Shown: positions 10,187 through 20,468, numbered from the stretch's first letter. The stretch is 64,000 nt of DNA from Candidatus Parcubacteria bacterium (GCA_025999395.1 AP024682.1:468680-532679), one strand, 5' to 3'. Notes: a model not told the origin generated them from the letters alone. Numbers and translations are program-made.

Positions 10187-11146
10187 ATGAAAAGTAAGCA
10201 GGAAGAAGAAAGGAAGGTAATTGTTATTGTTGGGCCAACGGCCAGTGGAAAATCGGATTTAGCTGTAAAAATTGCTAAGTTTATTAATCGTTTTCAAAAA
10301 AAGTTTGCAGTTGCTGGCGCAGAAATTCTTTCAGCTGATTCAAGGCAAATCTATAAAGGACTTGATTTAGTTTCCGGTAAGGTCCCCAAAGAAAAAGGAA
10401 AAAAGGATTACTACTATCAAGAAATTAAGCATCACCTTTTGGATATTGCTTCCCCTAAAAAAACTTTTTCTGTAGCTCAATACCAAAAGAAAGGAAAAGA
10501 AATTATTGAAAAACTTTTTAAAGAAAATAAGATCCCTATTATTTGTGGGGGAACGGGATTTTATATTGATTCTTTAATTTATAATTTAAGCTTTCCCGCT
10601 GTTAAACCTCAACCTAAATTAAGAAAAAAATTAGAAAAACTTTCTCTGCAAGAGCTTTATCAAAAATTAAAAAAATTAGATCCTCAAAGAGCTCAAACTA
10701 TTGATAAATTTAATAAAAGAAGATTAATCAGAGCTTTAGAAATTGTTCTTGCCACCCAAAAACCAATCCCTCCTTTAAAAAAAGAGAGGATTTTTAACAC
10801 TTTAAAAATAGGAATTCTAATCGAAAAAAAAGAACTTTCAAAAAAAATTCTTAAAAGAATTAAGAAAAGAATCAACCAAGGAATGATTAAAGAGGTTCAG
10901 CGACTTCATCGACAAGGGCTTTCCTGGAAGCGATTAGAAAGTTTTGGGTTGGAACTTAAATGGATCTCTCTTTATCTTCAGAAAAAAATTAGCCTCTATC
11001 AAATGATAAATAATCTCCTTAAAGACATTTGCCAATATGCCAAAAGACAAATGACTTGGTGGAAAAAAGAAAAAGATATTCACTGGATTCCTTTTTCAGA
11101 AAAAAAGAAAGCCCTTGATTTAGTCAAGAGCTTTCTTTTAAATTAA
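10187..11146 (+). CDS. miaA: tRNA dimethylallyltransferase
   Basis: GPTASGKS, SADSRQIYKG, GGTGFY, RRLIRALEI, YAKRQMTW. Confidence 0.96.
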   Translation: MKSKQEEERKVIVIVGPTASGKSDLAVKIAKFINRFQKKFAVAGAEILSADSRQIYKGLDLVSGKVPKEKGKKDYYYQEIKHHLLDIASPKKTFSVAQYQKKGKEIIEKLFKENKIPIICGGTGFYIDSLIYNLSFPAVKPQPKLRKKLEKLSLQELYQKLKKLDPQRAQTIDKFNKRRLIRALEIVLATQKPIPPLKKERIFNTLKIGILIEKKELSKKILKRIKKRINQGMIKEVQRLHRQGLSWKRLESFGLELKWISLYLQKKISLYQMINNLLKDICQYAKRQMTWWKKEKDIHWIPFSEKKKALDLVKSFLLN

Positions 11147-11625
11147 TCGCTCTCTTTATTTTGATTTTCTTCCTCTGTTTGAGGGTTTTCTTTTCTTTCT
11201 CTCATTCGCCCCTCAATCTTCCGGCTTAATTTATTAGTTATTAGAGTTATTCTACTTAATAGATTTAGCAATCTTTCAGCTCCCATCATATTTATTGCTT
11301 GATCAATTTTATTTGAATCATTCCAGCTATAAACTAAACTTAAGAAATTTTCCAAAACTTCTCTGGTTTTTTCCTGTAGTCGCCTTTCCCTTTCCTCTTG
11401 AATATCAGAGTAAAGTTTCTCTAATAATTCGGCTATTTGAGTTAGTTGAGTGTCGGTTATTTTTTCTTTCATTTTTTTCACCTCCCGCTCTTCACTTCTG
11501 TCAGAGCCTCTTAAAATATCCATCAAATTAAATAATTCTTGCTCAATTCCCTCCAAATTAACTGGTAAAGATTCTTTTTCTTCTCTTTCCAAATTACCGC
11601 TAAAGCCTATTTCTCTATGAGTCAT
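11143..11625 (-). CDS. Hypothetical protein, helical and E/R/K-rich
   Basis: Open frame of about 160 aa; no recognisable motif. Confidence 0.6.
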   Translation of the reverse strand: MTHREIGFSGNLEREEKESLPVNLEGIEQELFNLMDILRGSDRSEEREVKKMKEKITDTQLTQIAELLEKLYSDIQEERERRLQEKTREVLENFLSLVYSWNDSNKIDQAINMMGAERLLNLLSRITLITNKLSRKIEGRMRERKENPQTEEENQNKESD

Positions 11626-11636
11626 AATCAAAAAAT

Positions 11637-11885
11637 TTAGTTCTTATTCTCTAAACTTGCTTGCCATTGATCAAGATCTTCTTTTGAAATTTTCCCTCTT
11701 TTAAATAACTCTTCAGCTACTTTCTTTAATTCTTCTTTTAACTCTTCATCAGTTAATTCACTAAGCTCGGCAATTCCTTCTCTAACTTTAAGTATCTCTC
11801 TTTGAGCAGTTACTTCTTGCTCAGCTGTTATTTTTCGCTCTTCTTGATTAGATTGATTGTTATTCATCAAATTTTCCATATTCAT
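11637..11885 (-). CDS. Small hypothetical acidic helical protein
   Basis: 82 aa ORF with an AT-rich leader containing the GGTCG motif. Confidence 0.6.
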   Translation of the reverse strand: MNMENLMNNNQSNQEERKITAEQEVTAQREILKVREGIAELSELTDEELKEELKKVAEELFKRGKISKEDLDQWQASLENKN

Positions 11886-11981
11886 ATTAATATATTAATA
11901 ATAAAGTTTAATAATAATTTATTTTGCGACCATTTTAAAAACTAACACTTTAATTCATTAACTTAATTCTTTTTTATTCAT

Positions 11982-12830
11982 TTATTCATTTCTTATCTTG
12001 AGCCGCTTTTCTAAATGCTTTAATACCAAATCACCTCTTTTTAAAGCCATCTCCGGAGTTAACAAGCGTGTTTTTTTTAATTCATCCATTATTTCATTTT
12101 TAAATTTCAAAAATGATTCATCAAAAATATATTGGGGTATATCATAATAAGAATTTTCGTCATAAATAATTCTTTTATATAACTTAACCACTTTTTCCAT
12201 AATTTCCCCCAAAGAAAGAACGCCCTCTTGAGATAATCTAGCTGCTTTTGTATAAGGATCAGAAGTTGATTTTTCCCAGTATGAATCACTAAAAACAAAC
12301 CCTCTTAAAAATCCTTCCCAAATTTCAAATCTCAATGTTTTGTAGATAACCTCACTCATAGATTCCTTCTTTGACGAAGGCTCCCATTCTCCTATTCTTT
12401 CTTCTATAACTTTTTCCGCCTCCTTCCAAATCTCTTCCAATCTTTTCATTTGTATTTCTCTATTAGAAGGAATCTTTCTCTCAAAAATTAAAAATATATA
12501 ATTTTTAAGCAAATTTAAAAAAGTTCGATAATAACCCTCCTTTTCGCTACGTCCCCTGCCCCGTGTTCTGAAGAAAATTTCTCTTAAAGCCTCACTGAGT
12601 TCATCAATTTTTGATTCCAAAAAATTAGGATTCAATTCCTCTCCTCCGCGAATAAGATGTTCAATGTAATTTATCAGATCAGAGCCACCGAGAATAGATA
12701 AATTTTTCTTTACTATTTGAAGCTCATAATCGGGAAGCTGGAGTCCAACATTTGCAAGGGCAATATCTTCAATGTTTTTTTTCTGAGATCCTCCTCCTCC
12801 CTCATTGAAATGAAAATATAAAGCGCTCAT
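11982..12830 (-). CDS. Hypothetical protein
   Basis: 282 aa ORF directly downstream of gatB; no recognisable motif. Confidence 0.65.
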   Translation of the reverse strand: MSALYFHFNEGGGGSQKKNIEDIALANVGLQLPDYELQIVKKNLSILGGSDLINYIEHLIRGGEELNPNFLESKIDELSEALREIFFRTRGRGRSEKEGYYRTFLNLLKNYIFLIFERKIPSNREIQMKRLEEIWKEAEKVIEERIGEWEPSSKKESMSEVIYKTLRFEIWEGFLRGFVFSDSYWEKSTSDPYTKAARLSQEGVLSLGEIMEKVVKLYKRIIYDENSYYDIPQYIFDESFLKFKNEIMDELKKTRLLTPEMALKRGDLVLKHLEKRLKIRNE

Positions 12831-12854
12831 ATTTTGTTTATTGTAAATTATTTT

Positions 12855-14306
12855 TTAATCTGTTTCCTTTCTTTTTAATTCTTCAAAAATTGAGTGGATA
12901 ATTTTGGGATTAGCTTTGCCTTTTGTTTCCTTCATCACTTGGCCGATTAAGAATTGCAAGGCATTTTCCTTTCCATTTTTGTAATCATACCATACTTTTT
13001 GATTTTTGTCAATAACTAAGCGAGCAATCTTTTCTAACTGATTCTCATCCGAAACCTGCTCCAAATTGCCAGCCGCAATTACTTCCTGAGGAGAAGAGCC
13101 CTCCTCAAAGACTTTAGCTAATACATCTTTCGCTACTCGACTAGAAATTTTTCCATTTCCCGCTAAAGAAACAAGATAAGCCAAATCCTTAGGCTTAAGT
13201 TTTGAGTTTTCAAGAAGAGTGCCCTTTTCTTTTTCTAAGCCCTTCACATCAGAAACAAGATAGTTATAAACCAAATTAATATCCGCTTCTTTATTCAAGC
13301 TTTTCAACTCAGAAACTGCTTCCTCAAAAAAGTCAGCTAAATAAGGGTTTTCAACTAAAACTTGACTTTTCTTTTCTGAAAGGTTGTATTCTTTTTCAAA
13401 TCTTTCTCTTTTTTCTTGAGGAAGTTCTTCTATTTTTGATCTTATTTCTTCAATCATCTCAGCGCTTAAAGAAAAAGGAGGTAGATCTGGCTCAGGAAAA
13501 TAACGATAATCGTGAGCCTCTTCTTTACTGCGTTGAGAAAAAGTTTCTTCTTTTATTTCATCCCACCCTCGAGTTTCCTGAACTACTTGATGACCTTTTT
13601 CCAGCAAATCAATTTGTCTTTTAATTTCATAATCTATTGCTTTAGCAAGAGCACGAAAAGAATTTAAGTTCTTTACTTCTACTTTAGTTCCTAACTCATT
13701 CGAATTTTGAGAAACAGAAATGTTAGCCTCTAATCTTAAATTCCCCTTTTCCATATCTGCTGCCGAAACCTTAAGATAACGCAAGATAAGTTGTAGTTCT
13801 TGAGCAAATTCAACCACCTCTTGAGCTGAGGAAAAATCTGGCTCAGTCACTAATTCCATTAAAGGCACTCCCGCTCGATTAAAATCGACCAAACTATGTT
13901 TACCATCAGGAGAATGAAAAAGCTTAGCGGCGTCTTCTTCCAAATGAATTCGACGAATCCCTATTCTTTTTTTAAGAAACGGCAAAATTAAAAAACCTTG
14001 ATAACAAAAAGGTTGATCATACTGACTAATCTGATAAGCTTTAGGCAAATCAGGATAAAAATAATTTTTTCTATCAAATTTAGAAAAATGATTGATTCTA
14101 CAATTTAAAGCCAGACCCGTTTTAATAACCAATTCAATTGCCTTCCAGTTGGCTTTAGGAAGGGTTCCCGGATGTCCTAAACAAATAGGACAAACATTAA
14201 TATTGGGTTCAGTTTCAAGAGGATCGTTTTTACAATCACAAAACATCTTGCTTTCTGTCAGAAGCTCAGCATGAATTTCTAAACCAATAGTTGGGTAATA
14301 TTTCAT
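12855..14306 (-). CDS. gatB: Asp/Glu-tRNA amidotransferase subunit B
   Basis: IGLEIHAEL, FDRKNYFYPDLPKAYQISQ, HLEEDA, DFNRAGVPLMELVTEPD, DYRYFPEPDLPP. Confidence 0.98.
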   Translation of the reverse strand: MKYYPTIGLEIHAELLTESKMFCDCKNDPLETEPNINVCPICLGHPGTLPKANWKAIELVIKTGLALNCRINHFSKFDRKNYFYPDLPKAYQISQYDQPFCYQGFLILPFLKKRIGIRRIHLEEDAAKLFHSPDGKHSLVDFNRAGVPLMELVTEPDFSSAQEVVEFAQELQLILRYLKVSAADMEKGNLRLEANISVSQNSNELGTKVEVKNLNSFRALAKAIDYEIKRQIDLLEKGHQVVQETRGWDEIKEETFSQRSKEEAHDYRYFPEPDLPPFSLSAEMIEEIRSKIEELPQEKRERFEKEYNLSEKKSQVLVENPYLADFFEEAVSELKSLNKEADINLVYNYLVSDVKGLEKEKGTLLENSKLKPKDLAYLVSLAGNGKISSRVAKDVLAKVFEEGSSPQEVIAAGNLEQVSDENQLEKIARLVIDKNQKVWYDYKNGKENALQFLIGQVMKETKGKANPKIIHSIFEELKRKETD

Positions 14307-14370
14307 AATTAAAAAATCAAATTCTAACTCACTTCAAATATTTATTCATTCTTTCAAAAAAGCAGAGAAA

Positions 14371-14997
14371 CTACAAGTATTCTGCTAAAGAAACTTTTGT
14401 TTTTTCAAAAACTTCTTGAGGAGTTCCATTTCCATCAATTATCTCAAACCCCTGAAAATGTCTTCCGATATTCAAGTAGGCTTCTCTCACCAATCTTTGT
14501 CTTTCTAAAGTTTCAAAATAAGTTTTTTCCTCTCCTCTTTTTTCTATTCGCCCCAAAGCAATATCAGGGCTGACATCAAAAAATAAAGTTTTGGCAGGTA
14601 AAATAAAATCCTTACCGATAATCTGCTTGTGATAATCAAAAAGGGTTTTCCAGTGAAGACTTTTATCTAAACTTCCATAAGCTAAAGTAGAAAGAAAATA
14701 GCGATCACAAAAAACTAAATTTCCTTTTTTTAGCTGAGGTTTAATAAATTTTTCAATATGTTCCTTTCTATCCAAAATATAAAGCAATTGAAGATCTCTT
14801 AAAGAAAAATCGGTAATTTTCCCTGAAAGAATTTCATCTATTTTCTGAGACCAATGGCTTTCTCGGGTATGTTCAAAAGTAAAAACAACATTTGTTCTTT
14901 GTCTTTTTTGAAAGTAATCTTTTAGCATTTCTATTTGGGTTCCCTTACCTGAGCCGTCTATTCCTTCAAAAACAACAAAGTTTCTTTCAGTTACCAT
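14371..14997 (-). CDS. tmk: Thymidylate kinase
   Basis: FEGIDGSGKGTQ P-loop, CDRYFLSTLAYG. Confidence 0.93.
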   Translation of the reverse strand: MVTERNFVVFEGIDGSGKGTQIEMLKDYFQKRQRTNVVFTFEHTRESHWSQKIDEILSGKITDFSLRDLQLLYILDRKEHIEKFIKPQLKKGNLVFCDRYFLSTLAYGSLDKSLHWKTLFDYHKQIIGKDFILPAKTLFFDVSPDIALGRIEKRGEEKTYFETLERQRLVREAYLNIGRHFQGFEIIDGNGTPQEVFEKTKVSLAEYL

Positions 14998-15012
14998 AAG
15001 TCCATTATAACA

Positions 15013-15043
15013 AAAACAGCCTTCTCAAAAAAGCAGGCTGTTT
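15013..15043 (-). terminator. Intrinsic terminator after rplK
   Basis: Inverted repeat AAACAGCCT...AGGCTGTTT with a T-tract on the minus strand. Confidence 0.7.
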
Positions 15044-15067
15044 AAAATTTAAGTTTGAAAAACATTT

Positions 15068-15520
15068 TTATTCGTTTCTTACTTCAATCCCCATTGAGCG
15101 AGCGGTCCCCTCGACAATTTTCATCGCTGCTTCAATATCGGTGGTATTTAAATCGGGCATTTTCTTTTCAGCAATTTTTCTTACATCCTCTTTGGTTACA
15201 AACCCCACTTTATTTCTCAAAGGATCGCCAGAGCCCTTTTCAATTCCTACCCCTCCCCCTCCTTTAAGAGAACGAGCGGCTTTCTTTAATAAATCGGAAA
15301 CTGGCGGGGTTTTTAGCTGAAATTCAAAGGTTCTATCTTCATAGATTGTAATTACCGCAGGAATCACACTGCCTGCCATTTCTTTGGTGGCTTCATTAAA
15401 TTGCTGACAAAACTGCCCTAAGTTAATTCCGTAAGGACCCAAAGCGGTTCCTACTGGAGGAGCTGGGGTAGCGCTAGCTGCTGGAAGTTGAATTTTTATT
15501 ACTGCCTTAATTGGTTTCAT
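15068..15520 (-). CDS. rplK: 50S ribosomal protein L11 (with a 9-aa insertion)
   Basis: [50 protein letters not shown]. Confidence 0.98.
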   Translation of the reverse strand: MKPIKAVIKIQLPAASATPAPPVGTALGPYGINLGQFCQQFNEATKEMAGSVIPAVITIYEDRTFEFQLKTPPVSDLLKKAARSLKGGGGVGIEKGSGDPLRNKVGFVTKEDVRKIAEKKMPDLNTTDIEAAMKIVEGTARSMGIEVRNE

Positions 15521-15569
15521 ATTTTCTAAAAAAATAACAAATAATCTTTAAAAAAGCAATGAATAACTA

Positions 15570-16184
15570 CTAGACTTTTTGCAATTGGAGAGAATCAATT
15601 TCTACTACCGTTTCTCTTCCAAAAATAGGGATGGCTACTTTGACTCTTCCTCTTTCCTCGTCCACCTCCAACACCTTTCCTTCATAATCCTTAAAAGGAC
15701 CATCTATAATTTTTACCAAATCTCCTGCCGAGTAATCAATTCTAAACTTCATCTCTTTCTCTTTATTATCGCTGATAAAAGAAAGTAGATAATTTACCTC
15801 TTCTTGAGAAAGAGGAGTGGGCTTCGTGGGATCTGGACCAACAAAGCCCATTACTCGCGGAGTGTTTCTTACAACATACCACGAATCTTCAGTTAAGTTC
15901 ATTTCTACCAAAACATAGCCGGGATAAACTTTTTCTTCAACAATCTTCTTTTTACCGTTTTTAATCTTAATCTTCTTCTCTTTAGGAACAACAACATTAA
16001 AAATTTTGTCACCCATCGAAAGAGATTCGACTCGTTGCTTTAAATAGCGAGCCACTGCGTCTTCATAGCCAGAATAGGTATGAATAGCATACCAACGACG
16101 CTGATCTCTTTCCTTATCAGTGACTTGCAAATCTCTTTCCTTTTTTTCTTCGGCTGTTTCTTTAGCTTTATTTTTTTCTTCCAT
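15570..16184 (-). CDS. nusG: Transcription termination/antitermination factor NusG
   Basis: WYAIHTYSGYE, YPGYVLVEM, VRNTPRVMGFVG, KOW motif GDLVKIIDGPF, IFGRET. Confidence 0.97.
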   Translation of the reverse strand: MEEKNKAKETAEEKKERDLQVTDKERDQRRWYAIHTYSGYEDAVARYLKQRVESLSMGDKIFNVVVPKEKKIKIKNGKKKIVEEKVYPGYVLVEMNLTEDSWYVVRNTPRVMGFVGPDPTKPTPLSQEEVNYLLSFISDNKEKEMKFRIDYSAGDLVKIIDGPFKDYEGKVLEVDEERGRVKVAIPIFGRETVVEIDSLQLQKV

Positions 16185-16206
16185 TTTTACTTTCTTAATT
16201 ACTTAA

Positions 16207-16404
16207 TTAAAAGTGAAGATTAAAAATCAGTTGCTCTAAACCATAAGAAAAGATAATATCCAAGACTCCCAAAAAAATAGCCAAAGCCACAGAAAAACCT
16301 AACACAATCAAGGTTAGTTTGGTTACTTCTTTTCGAGTAGGCCAGTTCACTTTCTTTACTTCCTGCCATGACTCCAAAAGATAGTTTTTTAATCTAGAAA
16401 TCAT
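16207..16404 (-). CDS. secE: Preprotein translocase subunit SecE
   Basis: EVKKVNWPTRKE plus one TM helix; lies upstream of nusG. Confidence 0.93.
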   Translation of the reverse strand: MISRLKNYLLESWQEVKKVNWPTRKEVTKLTLIVLGFSVALAIFLGVLDIIFSYGLEQLIFNLHF

Positions 16405-16515
16405 ATTTTCAAACAAAGTTTATTAATTTATTTAAAAACCGCCTTGGGGCGGCTCACTTTTAATTTATCAAGATTTAAAGCTTGTGTCAAATTTATTTTT
16501 AATATTATATCAACC

Positions 16516-18561
16516 CTAAATATCTAAGTTCTTCACCATTACCGCTCGACTTTGAATAAAATGTTTTCTGGGTTCTACTTTTTCTCCCATTAAAATATCA
16601 AACATTCGATCAGCTTCTTGAGCGTCAGCAATGGTAACTTGCCGCAAAATTCTTGTCTCGGGATTCATCGTTGTTTCCCATAACTGCTGAGGATTCATTT
16701 CCCCTAAACCCTTGTAGCGCTGAATGTTGATATTTAAGGAAGATTCTGGTGATTCCTTTGCTTCCTTTTGATCGTCTTTCTTAGTTTTTTTACTAACAGT
16801 TTCCTGATGCTTTTTAGTTATTTGCTCGATGATTTTATCTTTTTCCGCGTCTGAATAAGCATACCAAAACTCCTTTCCTTTTTGGATTTTGTATAAAGGC
16901 GGTTGAGCAATGTAAAGATAACCCCTTTCTATTACTTCTCTAAAATAGCGGTAAAAAAGAGTTAAAAGCAGGGTTCGAATATGAGCGCCATCAACATCAG
17001 CATCAGTCATAATAATAATCTTGTGATAGCGAATTTTGTCGGGGTTAAAGTCATTACCAATTGCCGCTCCCAAAGCAATTACTAAAGACTTAATCTCGTT
17101 ATTAGCAAGCATTTTATCCAAGCGCGCTTTCTCGACATTTAAAATTTTTCCTCGCAAAGGCAAAACTGCTTGAAAGCGTCTGTCCCGCCCTTGCTTTCCA
17201 CTTCCTCCCGCTGAATCACCTTCTACGATAAATAATTCTGATTCAGAAGGATCTTTAGAAATACAATCTGCTAATTTACCCGGCAACGATAAACCTTCCA
17301 AAGGCCCGCGTCTTAAAACGGTTTCTTTAGCGGCTTTAGCGGCTCGTCGAGCTTTGGCAGCTAAAAGACATTTAGCAATAATATTTTTGGCAGAGGAAGG
17401 ATTTTTTTCAAGAAATTCTTTAAGCGCCTCAGAAACAACGGATTCGGTAGCGGTTCGAGCAGAAGGATTTCCTAATCGCGCTTTGGTTTGCCCCTCAAAT
17501 TGAGGCTCTTTAATTTTTATAGAAACAATGGCTACTAAACCTTCTCTAACATCATCTCCAGTTAGATTTTCTTCTTTTTCCTTAATGTAACCATTTTGAC
17601 GAGCGTAATCGTTTAAAACTCTGGTTAAAGCCGAACGAAAACCAGTTAAATGAGTTCCCCCATCAGAAGTATAAATATTGTTAGCAAAACTTAGTTCTTG
17701 AATTTCGGTGTCATTACTATAAACAAAAGCCGCTTCTACCTGAATAGTTTCTGCCTTTTTAGAAGCTGGTGCTTCTTCGGCAAAAACAAAATCTTTACTG
17801 ACATAAAAAGGAACCTCCTGAATAACTTCAGTAAATTCAGTTAAATAATCCAAAAAAGAAAGCAAGCCTCCTTCAAAATAAAAAGCATAATAATCAACCG
17901 CTTCCTCTCTTTCATCAATGACTTCAATTTTTACTCCCTTCACCAAAAAAGCTTGCTGACGAAGATGATCGATGATTTTCTTTTTATCAAATTCAATTTT
18001 GGAAAAAATTTCTTTATCTGGTTGAAAGGTAACGATGGTTCCGGTTTTAGAAGAAGTTCCTACCTTTTTTAATTTATACTGAGGAACCCCTCTTTTATAC
18101 TCTTGAACATAAATTCCCCCATCTCTTTCCACTTCTACTTTCATCCAAGAAGAAAGAGCATTAACCACCGAAACTCCTACGCCGTGAAGTCCTCCGGCAA
18201 CTTTATAAGATTCGCCTCCAAACTTTCCACCAGCATGAAGAGTACAAAGCACCGTTTCAAGAGCTGATTTTTTAGTTTGAGGATGAATATCCACTGGAAT
18301 TCCTCTTCCATCGTCTGTTACCCTTACTTTGTTTTCCTTAAGAAGTTCAACTCGAATATTTTTAGCAAAACCAGCCATTGCTTCATCAATAGAGTTATCT
18401 ACCACCTCCCAAATTAAATGATGAAGGCCATCTACACCGGTGGAGCCAATATACATTCCCGGTCTTTTGCGAACCGGCTCTAAACCTTCCAAAACATAAA
18501 TATCCTTGGCAGTATAAGTGCTTGTCTTTTGAGTATTTTTTTCTTCTTTATTTTTATCCAT
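16516..18561 (-). CDS. gyrB: DNA gyrase subunit B
   Basis: LEGLEPVRKRPGMYIG, EVVDNSIDE, LHAGGKF, VEGDSAGG, PLRGKILN, MTDADVDGAHI, QRYKGLGEMN. Confidence 0.97.
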   Translation of the reverse strand: MDKNKEEKNTQKTSTYTAKDIYVLEGLEPVRKRPGMYIGSTGVDGLHHLIWEVVDNSIDEAMAGFAKNIRVELLKENKVRVTDDGRGIPVDIHPQTKKSALETVLCTLHAGGKFGGESYKVAGGLHGVGVSVVNALSSWMKVEVERDGGIYVQEYKRGVPQYKLKKVGTSSKTGTIVTFQPDKEIFSKIEFDKKKIIDHLRQQAFLVKGVKIEVIDEREEAVDYYAFYFEGGLLSFLDYLTEFTEVIQEVPFYVSKDFVFAEEAPASKKAETIQVEAAFVYSNDTEIQELSFANNIYTSDGGTHLTGFRSALTRVLNDYARQNGYIKEKEENLTGDDVREGLVAIVSIKIKEPQFEGQTKARLGNPSARTATESVVSEALKEFLEKNPSSAKNIIAKCLLAAKARRAAKAAKETVLRRGPLEGLSLPGKLADCISKDPSESELFIVEGDSAGGSGKQGRDRRFQAVLPLRGKILNVEKARLDKMLANNEIKSLVIALGAAIGNDFNPDKIRYHKIIIMTDADVDGAHIRTLLLTLFYRYFREVIERGYLYIAQPPLYKIQKGKEFWYAYSDAEKDKIIEQITKKHQETVSKKTKKDDQKEAKESPESSLNINIQRYKGLGEMNPQQLWETTMNPETRILRQVTIADAQEADRMFDILMGEKVEPRKHFIQSRAVMVKNLDI

Positions 18562-18674
18562 AGGAATTTATTAACAAAAGAAAACTTCCTTCCTCAGGAA
18601 GAATCTAACTTAAGTATAACAAAAAACAAAAAGAAAAACAATTAAAATATTAAGTCAAAAAGCCTTGTTTTTGC

Positions 18675-19694
18675 TTATTTTTTTGCTAGCCACGGATAGA
18701 GTTTAGGCAAGTTTTCGAGAATGATATTCTTTGTTTCTTCTAAGGATTTTTTTACCACCGCTCCCGCTGCTAGTTTATGACCTCCGCCCCCTAAAAGCGC
18801 TGCCAATTGAGAAAGATCGACCCCAACATCTTCCTGCGCTCTCAAACTTACTTTAATAATTCCTTCCTCTTTTTCTATCAAAGTAATCACAATCTTCCAC
18901 TCCGCTACCAACTGCAATTCATCACTAACATTATTCAAAGAGATAATTTTTTTATCCACTCCGCTTTTTTCCAAATCTTTTAAAGTAATCTCAGAAATAA
19001 CCACTTGGCCATCAAAAAGAATTTCTAAATTGTTATAAGCCAAGCTTCTTAATTTGAGTATTTCTTTGTTTAATTTTTTCCTAGTAGCTTGAAAAACTTT
19101 TCTAAAGTCAGGATAAAGTCTTGCTAAAAAACAAGCAATCTCTAGTGTTTCTAAGCTGGTTTTATCGTATTGAAAGCCGCCGGTATCAGCATAAATACCC
19201 GCTAAAAGACAAGCCGCGATTTCAGGAGTAATTGTTATCCCCCACTCTTTAAAAAGATCATGAAGCATTTGGCAAGTAGCTGGGTAAGAAGAATCAATAA
19301 GATTGATGTCCCCAAAACCACTATTAGAATCGTGATGATCAATCACAATAGTTTTTAAATTGGAGGGAAAGGTTACTTTATTAAGTTGAGAAATCATCTC
19401 GGGACTGGCGCTGTCTAAAATGATAAAAAGATCAAATTCCTCTAAATTTACCTCAAAAAAATTTTTTTCTTCAATTTCTTTAAATCCGGGTAAAAAAGAG
19501 AGATTTTTCAAAACGCCCGAATCTCCTGAGATAACCACCGCTTTTTTACCAAGCCCCAAAAGAGCTTGATACATAGCCAAAGCACTGCCTACGCTGTCTT
19601 CATCAGGAAAAGGATGGCAATGAAGAAGAATCTTGCGAGAGTTTTTAATAGTTTCAAGAAGTTGAGAAGAAAGAAGAGGTGAAATTTTAGTCAT
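18675..19694 (-). CDS. nrnA: DHH/DHHA1 family phosphoesterase (NrnA-like oligoribonuclease/pAp phosphatase)
   Basis: HPFPDEDSVGS, IILD, IDHH, DTGGF, VSLR, GGGHKLAAG. Confidence 0.88.
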   Translation of the reverse strand: MTKISPLLSSQLLETIKNSRKILLHCHPFPDEDSVGSALAMYQALLGLGKKAVVISGDSGVLKNLSFLPGFKEIEEKNFFEVNLEEFDLFIILDSASPEMISQLNKVTFPSNLKTIVIDHHDSNSGFGDINLIDSSYPATCQMLHDLFKEWGITITPEIAACLLAGIYADTGGFQYDKTSLETLEIACFLARLYPDFRKVFQATRKKLNKEILKLRSLAYNNLEILFDGQVVISEITLKDLEKSGVDKKIISLNNVSDELQLVAEWKIVITLIEKEEGIIKVSLRAQEDVGVDLSQLAALLGGGGHKLAAGAVVKKSLEETKNIILENLPKLYPWLAKK

Positions 19695-19792
19695 AAAATC
19701 TTTGAATTTACAAGTAACCACCGACTCCTAATGATAAAGAAAAAAACTTCTTTTAGCAAATTACAGAAAACAATATCAAAAATTAAAAAATC

Positions 19793-19820
19793 TTGAATTC
19801 AGAAACAAAATTTTTATAAT
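19793..19820 (+). promoter_or_regulatory. Putative sigma70 promoter of the hsp20 gene
   Basis: TTGAAT-16 nt-TATAAT. Confidence 0.5.
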
Positions 19821-19890
19821 TTATAGTGATTTTTTCACCCTCCTAAAGGTCGCTTAAAACCTAATTACAATTAACCTTTTTTATAAAACT

Positions 19891-20313
19891 ATGGCGCTAA
19901 TACCTTGGAAATCATTTAGCGATTTAGAAAAGTTTTTTGAAGATGATTGGTTTTTACCTGTTTTTTCTAAGCACACCCTCACCAAACCAGCTATTAATCT
20001 TAAAGAAACCGAAAAGGAATTTGTAGCTGAAGTGGAGGTGCCAGGTTTTGATCCCAAGAATATTGAGGTTTCGGTAGAGAATGGAATGCTAAGAGTAAAA
20101 GGGATGATAGACGAAGAAAAAGAAGAAAGAGAAAAAGATTATTGGCGCCATGAATTCAGACAAAGCTCTTTCGAAAGAGTTATTAGCTTGCCAAAAGCAG
20201 TAAAAGAAAATCAGATAGAAGCAACCTACGAAAAGGGCATTCTAAAGATAGTAATGCCCAAAGCTAAAGAAGAAAAAGCAACCAAAGTCAAAATTAAGGT
20301 TAAAGAAAAATAA
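19891..20313 (+). CDS. Hsp20/alpha-crystallin small heat shock protein
   Basis: PAINLKETEKEFVAEVEVPG, FERVISLP, ATYEKGILKIVMPK. Confidence 0.95.
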   Translation: MALIPWKSFSDLEKFFEDDWFLPVFSKHTLTKPAINLKETEKEFVAEVEVPGFDPKNIEVSVENGMLRVKGMIDEEKEEREKDYWRHEFRQSSFERVISLPKAVKENQIEATYEKGILKIVMPKAKEEKATKVKIKVKEK

Positions 20314-20335
20314 GCAAATCAATTATTTCCCCTTT

Positions 20336-20369
20336 CAAAAAAGCTCCTTGAGTTCAAGGAGCTTTTTTG
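20336..20369. terminator. Bidirectional intrinsic terminator between hsp20 and tRNA-His
   Basis: AAAAAAGCTCCTTGA-GT-TCAAGGAGCTTTTTT perfect inverted repeat. Confidence 0.85.
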
Positions 20370-20392
20370 ATTAGCAAATTAAGAATTTAACT

Positions 20393-20468
20393 TGGGAGGC
20401 TAAGCGGATTTGAACCGCTGCTAACAGGGCCACAACCTGTTGTGCTACCGGGCTACACCATAGCCTCC
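20393..20468 (-). tRNA. tRNA-His (GUG)
   Basis: Cloverleaf; anticodon arm ACAGG-TTGTGGC-CCTGT; G-1 and C73. Confidence 0.92.

Noticed and set aside
16516-18561. gyrB without adjacent gyrA
   Set aside because: Separation of gyrA and gyrB is common in bacteria and not informative
19740-19890. CIRCE/HrcA operator upstream of hsp20
   Set aside because: Only TTAGCA is present; the TTAGCACTC-N9-GAGTGCTAA inverted repeat is absent
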